Of a stretch of DNA of 64,000 nt, positions 49,781-62,878 are shown piece after piece. The DNA lies in contig LSRY02000013.1 in NCBI GenBank assembly GCA_001643675.2, positions 248,001-312,000 of the forward strand. Direction: 5' to 3'. The DNA is from Monocercomonoides exilis PA203. Its lineage: Eukaryota > Protista > Preaxostyla. Both the position numbers and the translations under genes were made by a program. Every line of letters begins with the position of its first letter. The stretch's first letter is position 1. Below the pieces are notes generated by a model. That model ran no database searches. It worked only from the letters and a program-made list of their open reading frames with translations, and had not been told where the DNA came from.

Positions 49781-51185
49781 GGTAGAGGGTAACAATACAC
49801 CACAATCCAAAACCCATATATTCAAGCAGATAATTACTTGTTATTCATTTTCCAAAAAGAATTATAATATGAAACCTCCGGGTTTGTGAGAAATAAAATT
49901 TTTAAATTTTGGGAAAATAACCTCTTTTTATGGGATAGATCATATTTGATCGTATTGGTGTCTCACATTCTGGATCGCAAATCAAATATTTTTCAAAAAA
50001 CAAAACTTTTCCAAGATAATGAAGCAACGCGGAATTGGTTAATGAGATTTATGCCATTTGCAGCGAACAGAAGATGCCCTTAGTGCAGGAAAAATTACTC
50101 CAAAGAAGTTCTAGATAATTGCAGAAATTACAGGTGCTACAGATGTGGAAAATACTGCTCACTGTTAGGATTGACTCCTTTGAAAAATTCAAAAATACCA
50201 ATAGAGAAAATAATGATGATATTTCTGTGTTTCTGGATCAACATAGAAATATATCAGTGTAGCTTATTGACTGATGTTTCAAGGCAAACTGTTGGTGGTT
50301 TTTATTCCATTGGAAGAGCATGCATGGCTGATTACGGTTCAACATCTTTCGAAAAGCTTGGTGGCCCGGGAATAATTATTGAAATAGATGAAGCAATTCA
50401 ACGATAAAGAAAATTTCGAAAAGGAAGAAGAAAGAAACAGATATGGTTATTCGGAATTATAGAAAGAAAGCATGATGGAAAGAAAGGGAAATGTTTGATT
50501 GTGAGAGTGAAAAACAGAAAAAAAGAGACATTAATGCCAATTATCAAAAGTTACACGATTCCAGGATCAACTATTTACTCAGACGAGTAAAAGGCCTACA
50601 GCTCATTGTCATCTTTAGGTTATGATCATCACACTGTTTGTCACAAATACAATTTTGTGGATCCAGAAAGTGGCATTTGCACAAATTTGATTGAAAGCAC
50701 TTGGTCAAGCTTTCGTAAATCTCTTCCTAGAAATGGAATTAAAGAAAAATACATTGATGACTTTGTGACTAGCTTTGTTGGAAAAAGATCAGAAACACTT
50801 GAATTTGAAGATTTCATTCAAAAATTATTTGCATATAAGCCCTTTAATGTTGAAAAAGAAATTGATGAAACCGAAAAAGATGAAACCGAAGAATCTGATG
50901 AAAGTGATGTGCCAGTTTTAAATGAAAATGATGAAGAAACTGAAGATGAATCTGATTCTTTAGGAGCGGGCGATGGAGCAGATGCATCAGAGTTTGAATT
51001 GTGACAAATTTACTTTTTTCATTCGCATTTTAACCCAAAGTAATATATTTTCTATGAAAATTCATTTTTGTTTTTCTTTAAATCACGGAGTTGGCAGTTA
51101 CCGAAAATGTTATAAAACAACGAATATTAACATGTGGAACACAATTAAAATAAATTTGGGTTGTGGTGTATTGTTACCTTCTGCC
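49781..51185 (+). mobile_element. Merlin-superfamily (IS1595/ISXO2-like) DNA transposon, 1405 bp, full-length but inactivated
   Basis: 31-bp TIRs (GGTAGAGGGTAACAATACACCACAATCCAAA vs reverse complement GGCAGAAGGTAACAATACACCACAACCCAAA, 3 mismatches). Perfect 8-bp TSD AAATATTC at 49773-49780 and 51186-51193. Confidence 0.95.
49886..51004 (+). pseudogene. Merlin/ISXO2-type DDE transposase with three in-frame stops
   Basis: Single frame with Zn-ribbon CP*C...CYRC, then LGGPGIIIEIDE, WLFGIIER, GSTIYSDE*KAY and HHTVCHKYNFVDPESGICTNLIESTWS. Stops at 50081, 50405 and 50588. Confidence 0.92.
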
Positions 51186-51434
51186 AAATATTCTTTTTAA
51201 AAAGTCAAATTTTAATATTCATCTTTTGAAAATTCAATGATTTTTAACATGATTTTTATTTGAAAAAAATTAATTTTTCATTCGCTTGAATGTTTTCATT
51301 TTGCATCAAAGCCTACAGATAATAAATTGATTTGCTGTAATAATTGCATTTTTTTAATAAATATATTCATTTTGTTTGAAAGATTTTGTAGCGAAATGAT
51401 CAACGAATGATATTTTCGCCAAAAACAAAAAAAT

Positions 51435-54400
51435 GAGAACAAAAAGCGTGTATTTGCTCTTAGGCAGCACAAAAACGGATGAACGTGCAATGTTGCTGGA
51501 TTCGATAGAATTTAAGCATTGAACAAAGATTGCAATTTGTGCAGAGAGCGTATCATTTGAAAGATGATTTTTGTTTTCCTATCAATTTGTGTGAGTCGGA
51601 CTGTGGTTGTTCGGTGAAGAGCGACCATTGCAAGAAGCCACTGAGCAAAAGCTATTTTCATTGCAGATGATAATGCTCTTTTATTTCATTTCTCTCATTT
51701 TTGTGGAGATTCTTTTCGATGACTCAAAAAACGAGGGAATGCCTGGTGCCAGCGCAGAAAGACATTGCTCGCAATAAAGCAATAAAGCATATCTCAAGAC
51801 ATGCAATCTTTTGGAATTGTCTAACATCGAGCATGAAATGCCTTTTCTTTTCGATGCCTTATTTTTTATTTCCAAAAATGGAAAAAGAATCTAACCTTTG
51901 CTTCTGCTTGAGGATCTGAACATAAAAATATTGAATGCGTTGTAGGTGCAAGAAAAAAAAGAGGTTTGGAATTTTTATGAATGGAAAGGATGCTTTTGTT
52001 GAAAAGAACAGCTCTTTTCTTTTTTAAGAGTTTTTTGCTGAGAAATTCCATGAGAGCCATATTGGCAGAAAAATCGTTTGGGAAATGGCCAACTGAAGAG
52101 GCTTCAGCTCAGTTTGCTTTTATTGGCGCATTTTATTTATTTTATTTTTTCCCCTCCAAAATGTGCAGTTGCCATGTCACATTTTGTGGAAAGCGAAAAT
52201 GTGAGGGATGTTTGCCTGCGAAAAGCAAAGAAAATGGCTGGATGAACAAGAACTGAAATTGACATTGACCATCTGATGCGCTTGCCGACAAATGATTTTG
52301 CGTGCTTCGGTATTTGTATCGTTGCTGCTGCTTTGAGACAGATTCTGGAAGGAAAAGGATAAGAGGAAAAGGAAAAACAGCTCTTTTATTGGAGGGCATG
52401 CATCCAACTAGCAGGTGCGTGTGTTGATTGGAGGGCACAGAGTTGTGGCGATAGCATATTCTTCAAATTGGAAACAAGGGATATTGCGAATGGAAGCAGA
52501 GAAGCGATGTTCCGATCAAGTTGGAGCGTTCAAGAAATGGCCAGCAAATGTTCCATTGGTTCACAATTACATTTTTTATTTCATTTTTCCCCCGAAGCAT
52601 CGCAAGTTAATTGAAAGCTGAAGCTTGAGTGCCTAATTTTTGTTTGTGTCATCAGCAGCGAAAGCGCGCTTCTATTTCAAAAGGGAAGAGATATTTATGC
52701 TTCGGCTGAAAGTGCCAAGCTGGTGATCAACGCCTAAACGCAAAAAGGATGACAAAGTGGAAGGAGATACTCTGTGAATCTGTGCCATGTTGATGGAGGT
52801 GGGAATTTTTCATTGGGGAATGCAGTTATTTTGGGATGGAATGGGAATGCAAGATGCTGGGTGCAATCGCTGCAAGAATGCGCAAGATGACTCAGCTTCT
52901 TGCCTTTTGTCTCGAATCGTTTGAAAGAAGGAGGCAATGAGCTTTCAATAAAAAAAAATAAATTCCAGAGTGCTTCTCTCTTCATTTTGATGGAACTTAT
53001 TTGAAACCTCCCATTTCTTTGAATGCCATTTCCTTTCACATCGTTTGCCGTTATTTTTATCTCAACAATTTCTATATTGACATATTTCATGTTTTGAACG
53101 AATAAAAAAAAGTCATCTTGGCATGACTCTAGAAATTTGGCCAAGGCTGAGAAAGGTGCATTCTGGGTTTTTGAGCAGGTGCCAACGATGTCACATATTT
53201 TTTTTATTTTGATTTCTTGGCTGAGTCAATGCAAGGATGCTGGGATTCATTTTTGAGGAACATTCATTTCAGAGAAGAACGCAATTCACAGAGGAAGATC
53301 AAAGGATTTCAGAAATCATTTGGCTCGGTGCCTTTCCATTTTGAAGTGGGTTTACAAGCAATAAAACGAAAGTGGTTGTGAAAAATCACTTTCGAGCGAA
53401 GTGCAGGAACAACACAGAAAAACGCAAACATCAGACTCTGGCTGGCAAATGCCAAGCCCTGTTTGGAGGCAACAGAAACAAAACAAAACAAAACAAAAGA
53501 AAGCCTTCAGAAGCCATGGGCAGCACTCATTTCTATCTTTCTTGTTATTATTCACCAAAAGCAAAAATGAAAAAAGGAGATAACGAGATGAATACGAGGG
53601 CTGGGAACGATAGCGATGGTTGTGATGGGATGAGAGAAGCAAACACTAATAGCTGCAGCAGCTGTTTCTGCTGATGGCTGATTGCTGGTTTGTGAAGAGT
53701 GCGTCAGTCATTGTGGGGAGCTTGGCTGACTCGGGGAACTTCTGAAAGAACTCTCTCGAAATGGAGACGAGAGAAGGCCGGTTGGAAGGCTGAAAGGAGA
53801 GGCATTCGCTGACGATCAAAGAGAATGTGCTTGGAGTATTTCCGCACATGCTCAAAGCCTCTCCTTTTGCAATCTTGTCTCCAGCAATCACAGCCTCGTA
53901 CTCCCCGAACGGGATCTGGAGTGTCAGGCACTCCCACAGCATCATCCCGATCGAGAACACCACCGACTTCTTTGTTGCCCCCATGTTCTTGTTGATCAGC
54001 AGCTCTGGAGCCTTCCACCTCAAACACTCTTTTTTGAAGCTATCTTCATCCTCAAATGCCGATGAGGGAAGGGAGTCACTTTCATCATCATCATCGCTGG
54101 CAGATGTCACAACTGTCGATGAGATCGATGATGAATCAGAGTCATCTGATAAAAGGTCTGAGTGCATCACAATGCAGATCACCATGTGCTCGGAGAACAA
54201 CACAATGTGAGGGCTCAGATTGGAAAGTGTCTGAAGCTTGTTTTCCATCTCATCAAAGGAGTGGAGTGCAAGATTGGCCACCCAGAACAGGATCTGAGCA
54301 GCTGTCATCTCCCTTTCTTTCAATGAGCCAATTGCCATCTCTTTTGTCTTATTCCTCCCATGAAGCAACATGAACAGCGAATCTCTCAAATCCACAATCA

Positions 54401-57400
54401 GCTTCTCATGAGGAGAAGAACATGCGATTGCGTCCACCAGATTGGACATGGATGAGGTGGTTGGGCACAGATCTTCCCTCCGAACAAAAGTGGATTCAGT
54501 GTCTGAAGTGTCTGTGGATGAAGTGGATGAAGTGGATGAAATTGAAGGAGATGGTGTTCTCTTCCTTATCTCCTCCTCATTATCAACCTTCTCCAGCATC
54601 CATTCTGGAATCTTGTCTGAGTCTTTTCCCAAAATGTATTCAGTTGATCCGCTCTCAGCCAGCAAATGCTCAGATGACTCTGAATGCTGAAGGCTTTTCG
54701 CATATACCCTCTTCTTTATCCTTTCATCGTTCTTCTTCTCAGCCTCCCTCTCTGCTCTCTTCCACTGTGCCTCAGGTGACATCTCCATCGTCACCATCTC
54801 AAAAGCCTTCGGATCCTTTCTGATGTTGTCATTCACAATCTCTCTCAGATCTTCTGCTTCATTCTTTGCCTTTCTCCATCTGACTGCAAGAATAACAGAA
54901 ATAATAAGAACAATCAATAGAACAATAGCCATAATGATCACAATCAATGCCCATGATGATTTCCCTTCTTTTTCTCCCTCAGAAATCCTTTCATCTCCGC
55001 TTGTCTGAGACTCGCTCTTGTTCTTCAGAATAAAAGAGTCAGTTGATGATGGAGCATCTTTTTTTCCAAACAAAATACAGACAAGAACCTCTTCTTCTCT
55101 TGCAGCCGAACTTATAAGAGAAATGCTAATCTTTCCTTTCGCTTCATTTTCAGAATCAAAGTTGTCTTCTGCAAACGGAAAAGTCTCTATTGAGCCGACA
55201 TCATCTATCTTTGACACAATCTGGAAACTCAGATTGCATGGGATGAGGAGCCTTCCTTTGAAAGTCAGTTCAGCAGCATCATTATTTTCTTTCACTTCCA
55301 CAGCATCCAGTGATGGGATGAAGAATTCAGATAGCCTTTCAGTTGGCATCCCCGTGAGCTCGCATCCTTCATTCAAAATCCACAGTGATGTGTTTGGCAG
55401 TAGTCCATCTCCTCCCTTCAAGCTGTCGATCTCAAGCTTTCCATTGTGTTCGCAGAGGATGTTTCTTCTGATTGAAGGGAATCTGGCGATTGATGGATCA
55501 TTGCCCACAAACTCTCCTTTCACAATTCTGACGCTTCCTCCAGAAGCAGATAGTCCGCCGTGTGATGCGTTGGAAAACAAGGTATCTGAGATGGAAGCGG
55601 TGCTTCTTTCAAGGCTCGCCAGCGAGCTGTTCCAGGAGCAAAGCTCGGATGATTGCGGATTTATGTTGTTTTCTTCTCTGTTTGAAAGGTCTGTATTTTC
55701 AAACAGGCACGAGCTGATGCAAATGTTGGTACATGATGTGAATGACACAAATCCACCTTTCATCGCAGACGAATGACTGCCCACAATGTTGCATTCTTTT
55801 AAAAGAAACATTTTTGGCATTTGTGAACGAAATCAAAGGTGCCCCATGGTCTTTCTCGAAGCACTCGTCGAAAGAGGTGTTGCATATCTCAAACATTCCG
55901 TCATCGCATATGATGACACTTGCAGAATAATCTATGCTCTTGAAAGAGCAAGATGTGACCTTGACATTTCCTGTGCAGCTGCTTATTGCAGACGATGCCA
56001 AGTGGAGTCCAGAAAAAGCACACTCACTGAAATAGACATCTCCAGAAAGCACTGTGAATAAAGTGCAAGGAATGGAAAGCTGGGATTGTTCAGTTCTTGG
56101 AGATGTGAAAGAGCACGATTCCATCCTCAAACTGTCGGAGCTCATAAAGATGAAAGAAGAATACGAGGAAAGAGCATTTCTTTCAAACACAAAGCTCAGA
56201 CGAGACAAAGTCACATGATTCTGAATTGTGATGAGAGACACGCCTGCCTGGGATATGCCTGTCTGAACTCGAATGGCTGCATTATTTCTTTTGAGAGACG
56301 TGAGGGTCATGCTGTCCAAAATGCATTCTTCATCAATAACAGATTCACCATCAACAAGCATCATGCTTGTGATGTCGCTTGACAAGTGGAAGCAGGCATA
56401 ACCAATTGAAAAGCATGGTATCTTGGCCGATCCGCATTGTCTCTCGTTTTTTCCGTTTTTGCCATCATCAGAAGACACGATGATAAAATCAGACTCATAT
56501 ATTGTGATGAAGTCCATCAAGTTTGTGTCGCTCATGTGATCTGTTGTGTCTGAGCCATAGATGGCGTTGATAGACGAATACACACCCTCTTTCAAGGAAA
56601 ACCTGAACTGAGTTTCGTTGATCTGTTTTGTGATGTTATGGCACAGAATGAAGATGTCATTCCCAACGCCTGCTGTGTTTCCCGTGAAGAACATCTTCTG
56701 AAACAGAATGTTCAAAGTTCCCTCCACTTTTGTCGACACGTGGATGCCACCTCCCCTCCCGCTCATTGAGCAGCTGCATCTTGTCATTGTTGTGTCACTT
56801 ATTCTCAACTCACCCCCATCATTCAGGCAGAACGACACTGCACCTCCCTTCATGCTCATTTCAGCCTTGCAGTCAACAAACTGAGATCCGCTTATCAAAA
56901 CGATGAGGCCATTTTGGCCAGTGGAATGAATAGCGCTGCCGCCATTGTCGTTTCTTGTCACTGAAGAAAGGGCCGAATCTGTCATGTTGATCAATCCAAT
57001 CCCATTTGCCGCATTTGTTGAAGACACGCTTTCAAAAACACAACCACGATCAATTGTGCACTGGGAAATCTTCACAGCGTGAAATTCACACACACATGCA
57101 TCGTGCATCACGAACACACTTTTCCGCACCGATGAAGATTTCATCTCAAGATCATCGACACTGAGCTTTCCTCTCCTCATCAACACAAACGAACAGTCTG
57201 CTTCTGTGTTATCTGCCGCTTTGCTTTGAAAGGCGCATCTTCTCAACAACAGCTCATCTCCTTCACTGAGGATCACACAATCAACAGAATTCTCAAAGTT
57301 TTCTCCAATGGACAACATTATCGCGCATATGGACATCTCATTTCTGTTCAGCGCATATGCACCACTTGTTCCATTCATCTTTTTTGAAAAAACAATTTCG

Positions 57401-60400
57401 CTTTGACCATCTTCTTCTTTCAGAATTGAGGCAGAAGCCACTGCAAAACCTGAGAGATCGTATTCATTATCCACATTTGCAACCCCTTCAATGAAGATTT
57501 GTTTGCCATCATCCGTGTGACTGAGGTGATTCACGCCAGTCCAGAATGATTCGCATGGATCATCTTCGCTTCCGCATCGCAGCACATCTGCACCACTGGA
57601 GGAAACAAAAATGGTGTTATTTGCATATGGAATTAAAAATCTGAATAAATCGGTGTCAGTGAAAATAGCATCGCTTCCAACAAACACATTTGAATCGTTG
57701 ATCAACCCAGAGTAGTTGAAGGAGAATGCCTGTGTGGTTATGGAGCTGTTCAAACTTGCTGAAAGCACGAACATGTTCTTTCCAATCTTTGCAACATTCA
57801 TCGAAAACACAGTGTTGTTGAATAAAAATTGTTCTGTTGCATAAGCCTCTGTGCAGTCAATGAAGCAAGCCCCTCCGTTTCCATTGTTTTGTGAGCATCC
57901 ACTGTTCGTCATGGTAACATCCTCCATGTGCAATCTTTCATGTGCATGAAGATTGATTTTCATAATCCCTCCGGCACAACTGTCTGGAGCTGATATATCG
58001 TTGAACGAACAAGAGCGAATACTCATGGGTGAGGCAATGGCAAAGGGAGTCTCCGAAAAATGAAGACTCTGAACTGAACAGTTGCACAACTCCACATCTC
58101 CTCCTGTTGTTGAAAGAAGAGAAAACTGCAAAATCATATCGTGTGATAATGAATACAGCTCAAAAGAACAACTTTGCAAAGAAACGTGCGAGATTGATGT
58201 GGCATCTGAAGATGAAGAAATGAGACTTGCTTGATCCGGAACAAATGTTGTTGGCACAGAAAATATGATATGAAGAAACAAAAAGCCACCTGAAGCATGA
58301 AATATGGGATTGCTGCTTGTTGTTTCGAGTGTTGGTTCAAACCTCAGGCAGCTCATTATCTCTGATGAACAAGACGAAATGTTCATTTTTGAGATGTCAT
58401 AAGAATCTTTTACAGATGCATTTTTATCGATCAGCATGTTCTTTTCCTCGGAGCTGCTGTCAATGTGCCAATATCCATGCCTGAAAGTCTGGCATGGAAC
58501 GGTCTCGTCACCACAGCCCGCAATATCCACGCCTTGGTGTGAAACGACAATTCTGTTTGAAGTGAATGGAACCAAAAACAGAACAAGGTCCATTGTTCTC
58601 TCGGCAAAGGCTGTGAAGTCTATCCCCTCGGCAAACACGAGTTTTGTGTTGTTTGAGTCGAACATTTTGAAGTTGAATCGTTCGTTTGTTATTGATTCGT
58701 TGAGGCTTTTGCATTCAACGAAAATGTCCCTGCCCTTGTGCGCTTTGTTGTCTCGAAATGTCAAAGACTCAAATGAAAATGTGTTTGACGAATCGTTAAA
58801 AGCATGCAAGAATATTGCTCCTCCGCGACTTCTTTCCTCATCAACCCAGCAGTTTTCAAACGAAACATTTTGAACAGTAAGACTGGATTTGTCTCCGATC
58901 TTGCAGTTTATCCCTCCACCTTCACTTTCCGAGGTTTTGCATCTATCAAATGTCGAATTGAATATCTCCAGTCGAGATGCATTTGTGGCATATATTGCAA
59001 CACCCTTTGAAGCACCACAATTTGTGAATGACGATCTGTTGAGAATCAATGCAGCACCAACGCCACAACAAAACAATCCATCTCCATCAATGTTAATATT
59101 TGTCGCAACTGCCTGAGTGACAACCACTGTTCCTCGATCAGCTTTGCATATTCCACAGTTCGATCCAAATTGAATGTTTTCTATTTTGAGATCATCAAAC
59201 TGGATTGCACTTCCATCCCCTCGGACAACCCACATATACGAATTTGTGCACTCTATTTCTGCATCTCCAAAAGTGCATGAAACAATGCTCACACGGCCAA
59301 CGCTTCCCACAATCACTTCTGAGTGTTTGCCTGGTGTCGATGGCACAAAAAACAGCAGGTTCTGGAGAGTGAGCGAAGTGGATGCTGGGCCAGACGAGAG
59401 CTGAATATGGCCTTGTATTCCAACATGCATTTCAGATTTATCATCACCTCCGCGGATTGTCAGCTTTTCTTCTTTTCGATCTATTTCTCCCAAGAGCCAT
59501 GCTGAGTTCTGTATATGAAGGATTGTTTTTGATGTGCCCAATTTTCCATATCCAAAGCCCAACTCCTTGCATGGATTGACTCCCGAGCCGCAACTTCCCA
59601 TTTCGTTCCCCAATGATTCGTCCACATAAATGATATCATCATCTGTTGGAAACAGAAAGCGCAAGAGTGTCATATTGATGCGAGCATCTGTGAAGTCAAA
59701 CACCCACTTGTTCCTCTCTTCTTCACCTCTTTCAGCAGTTCCTGCCCACAGCAGCGGATCGACAATTGTGCTTGGCTTTGTGCAGTTGAGGAAGATGTCT
59801 TTTCCCCAGAGCGCGTCGTTGCCTTCAAACACAACATTCTTCATTGAATATGCAACTTCCACACTTTCGAAAGTGATGTGCAATCCTCCTCCATCCCCAT
59901 CAATTGCTGGAACTTTGCTTCGGCATACGCTGTTGTTGTCGAACAACAATTCTCCACCACTCAACACTTTCACGTGCAAGCTCCCTCCTTGGGAGCCAGA
60001 TGATGAACAAACAATGTCATCAAAGAAGCATCCATTGATCTGAATGATATTTTCATTTCCCACAACACCCACCACAGAGCATCCACTATCAGTCGTTCTT
60101 TTCAGTCCGCTCATGTTGCATTCAAGAAGAGTCAGCCCACAAGCCTCTTCCACCAAAATGGTGCAATGGTTGGAATATGTGCTGTTGGCTGATGATAAAT
60201 TCTGAAAGACTGGATGAGCACCATGCTTTATCTCAACAATTCCTCCTGCTTCTGTTCTTTTAACATTGCTCATTGTAATTGCACTGATTGTGAAATTTGC
60301 TTCTTTTCCGGAGAATTCAAAGGCACTGACTCCACTGAATTCTATCTCCGATAAACCAAACCCGTCAATTCCGATGGTGCTGTCAGTTGCCACAATAAGA

Positions 60401-62878
60401 CTGTATTTGCACTGCAGTCCTGCAACTTTCATCTCCATGTCCACATCCTTGAATGAAAGAGTTGATTTGCTGCACAGAAAAAGGCTGTTTAATGAACAAG
60501 GAGCGAAAAATGATGGGAGGAGAAATGTTAATTTGGAAAATGCAACTGATGTTCTGATTTCGAAAAAACTGCTCACCTTGAGGTTTTCTTCAATTCCTTC
60601 GACTTCGACTTTTTCTCCTTTGTTCTCCGCATCTATCTCATATGCTTTGCCCGAGAATATCACTGACTTGCTGAAAGAAAATGAGCTTTGCAAGCGAATT
60701 TCCGCCTTTTCTTCATTGAACCGATTATTCCCAGCATATGTTATTGTGCTGCACGGATACCAGTCAAACCCGCATAAAGGATAATCCACACCTCCAACAC
60801 CATTCACAAATGCTGGAGTGTTCCATTCTGCTTCAAACAAGGCGAGAGGAATTTCTTTGGCTTCATCATTGCCATATCCACAAAAGTCATTCCGTCTTTC
60901 TCTTTCAGTTGGCATATTCAATGCAAACTGTTGCTTTCCCAGGTTGATAGAAAGAGCATCACCCTTCAAATAAATGTTGTTACCAACAAATGCACTGCAT
61001 TCGTTGAAAGACAAGTTTCCAAAGACAAATCCATAATTCTGCTTGCAGTCAAAGAACAGCCAACCGCCTTTCCCCTCTGTTCTATTTTCTGCTTGACATT
61101 CATTTGTATTGCAATCAGTTATTTCCAATTCTCCATCTGCTTCAAGCACCACTCTCATTGCTCCTCCATTCATGCTCTGATCTGCAAAAATCTCACTGAA
61201 ATTACACCCGGCTATCGAACATCCACATCCCAGAGATGCACATGATAACGCTGAGCTGTCTTTATCTTGATGAGTGATATTGCTGAACGAGCAATTCTTC
61301 ATCTGGACTTCTGCTGTTTCAGGTGCATTCATTGGTGGAACTATGTCAAATGAAAATAATGGCATTGCCATTCTGCAGTTTGTCACAGTCACAAACACCA
61401 GATGGATTGATGATCCACTTATTTTGATTATAACATAATTGTTGGGCGCTTCTGATTCATCTTCTATCTCTATTTGGCAGTTTGTGAGCGAGAGCACACC
61501 TTTGTTAGTTGAAGAAGAAATCACAAATTTGACTTCGTTGGAGATATGAGGAGGAACAATTATCTTCAATTGTTCGAGTTGTGTGATGCCCTTGGATGAG
61601 ATCATTGTTGTTCCACTTTCAATTGCAGATGGCATTGTGAGAGATGCCTGCTGTTCTCCATCTGATATCATCTTCACATCACTCAGATCGATCTCATGGA
61701 TCACAAAAGACTCTGTCCTCACAGTTATTGCTCTTTTGTCGACAGTTTTGAAGCGAGAAAGGGCTTGATCTATTGAAGCGCATGGGTAGCACTCAAAGCC
61801 ACAGGCAATTGTGTCTGCCCCTTCCAATGAGGAAGCAAGTATTTCCGAGCCTATTGCCTGGAAAAGCAATATCAGTGGAATTGCATGTTCTGAATCGTTG
61901 CCATCAAACCCTCTCATGGAATCGAGAGATATGTCCGCCATTGTTTTGGCAAATGGAAGGGTGCTGTCGGTGGCGCTTGCCTCCAAACTTGGGGATTTCA
62001 TGAACAGTTCGCTTCCGCATTTGGCAGCATTTGGAGAGCTTTGAGAAAAAGAAGGCTCAGAGACAACAAATTCGACATCTTGATGATCGAACTCAAGAAA
62101 CAATCCTCCTCCAAAACCCCCTTTCTTTTCGACAGATGCTTCACAGCCTGTGAATGCGCAGTTTGTGATCTCCAGATGATTGCTCATTCCAATGCAGCAG
62201 CACACGCCTCCCCCGCATGCTTCGTCACTTTTTATTTTGCATTCTTCAAATGTGCATTTCTCAAGACATTCGTGGCAAGGCGATGCAACTTCTGGCTTGT
62301 GCATGCTAATGGCACCGCCCTTGCCCAATGAGCAAGTCACCCCCTTGAATGTGCAATTAGACACATTCACATTTGCAGTGCAATCAGAAATCTTCACTAC
62401 TGATCCGTCTCTGATTTGAGAGTTTTCAATTATCGAGTTGTTCAACATGAAAGATTCGCATGCATCTGTGACAGATATGGCATCCAGTGTGGATGTGCCA
62501 TCAAAAGAGGTCGAGAGCATAATGAGTTGATTTATCGACACCCGTCCTCCTCTTGCAGAAAGAAACGAAATGTTTGTCGATTGCTGTTTGATTGCAATCT
62601 CGCACCCTTTGACACTCAGCGAAGAAGACATGCACACAATCAGTGCCTCTTTGAGGCCAATGCTCTTTGGCAGTGCAAAAGTGAAGTTTGTTAGCGCAGA
62701 CTTTGAGACCATTTCAATCATCCCTGCTTGTTCACCGCTGAAATTGCAATCGTCCAAACCAATCGTCACTTTGCCAACTCTTGACATTATTGTCCATTCG
62801 AAAGCATCAAGAAGCAATTCAGATCTGAGGGAAAAGGGGGAATGAAGCTCAACAAAACGGTTGCTGTCTTTGAACCAA
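51435..62878 (-). repeat. Right arm of 11.4-kb inverted repeat
   Basis: Reverse complement of 37128-48570. Identity ends abruptly at 62878/62879. Confidence 0.97.
53646..62878 (-). pseudogene. Gene B copy 2, 5'-truncated (lacks ~890 N-terminal codons in this window), with one homopolymer frameshift near 55801
   Basis: ORFs 55699-62889 and 53646-55820 match copy 1 almost exactly, with one extra base in the run at 55801-55804. Homology stops at WFKDSNRF. Confidence 0.85.

Noticed and set aside
49781-51185. Merlin as the direct cause of the large inverted duplication
   Set aside because: It has an intact TSD and lies about 250 bp and 1.2 kb from the arm edges, consistent with an independent simple insertion.
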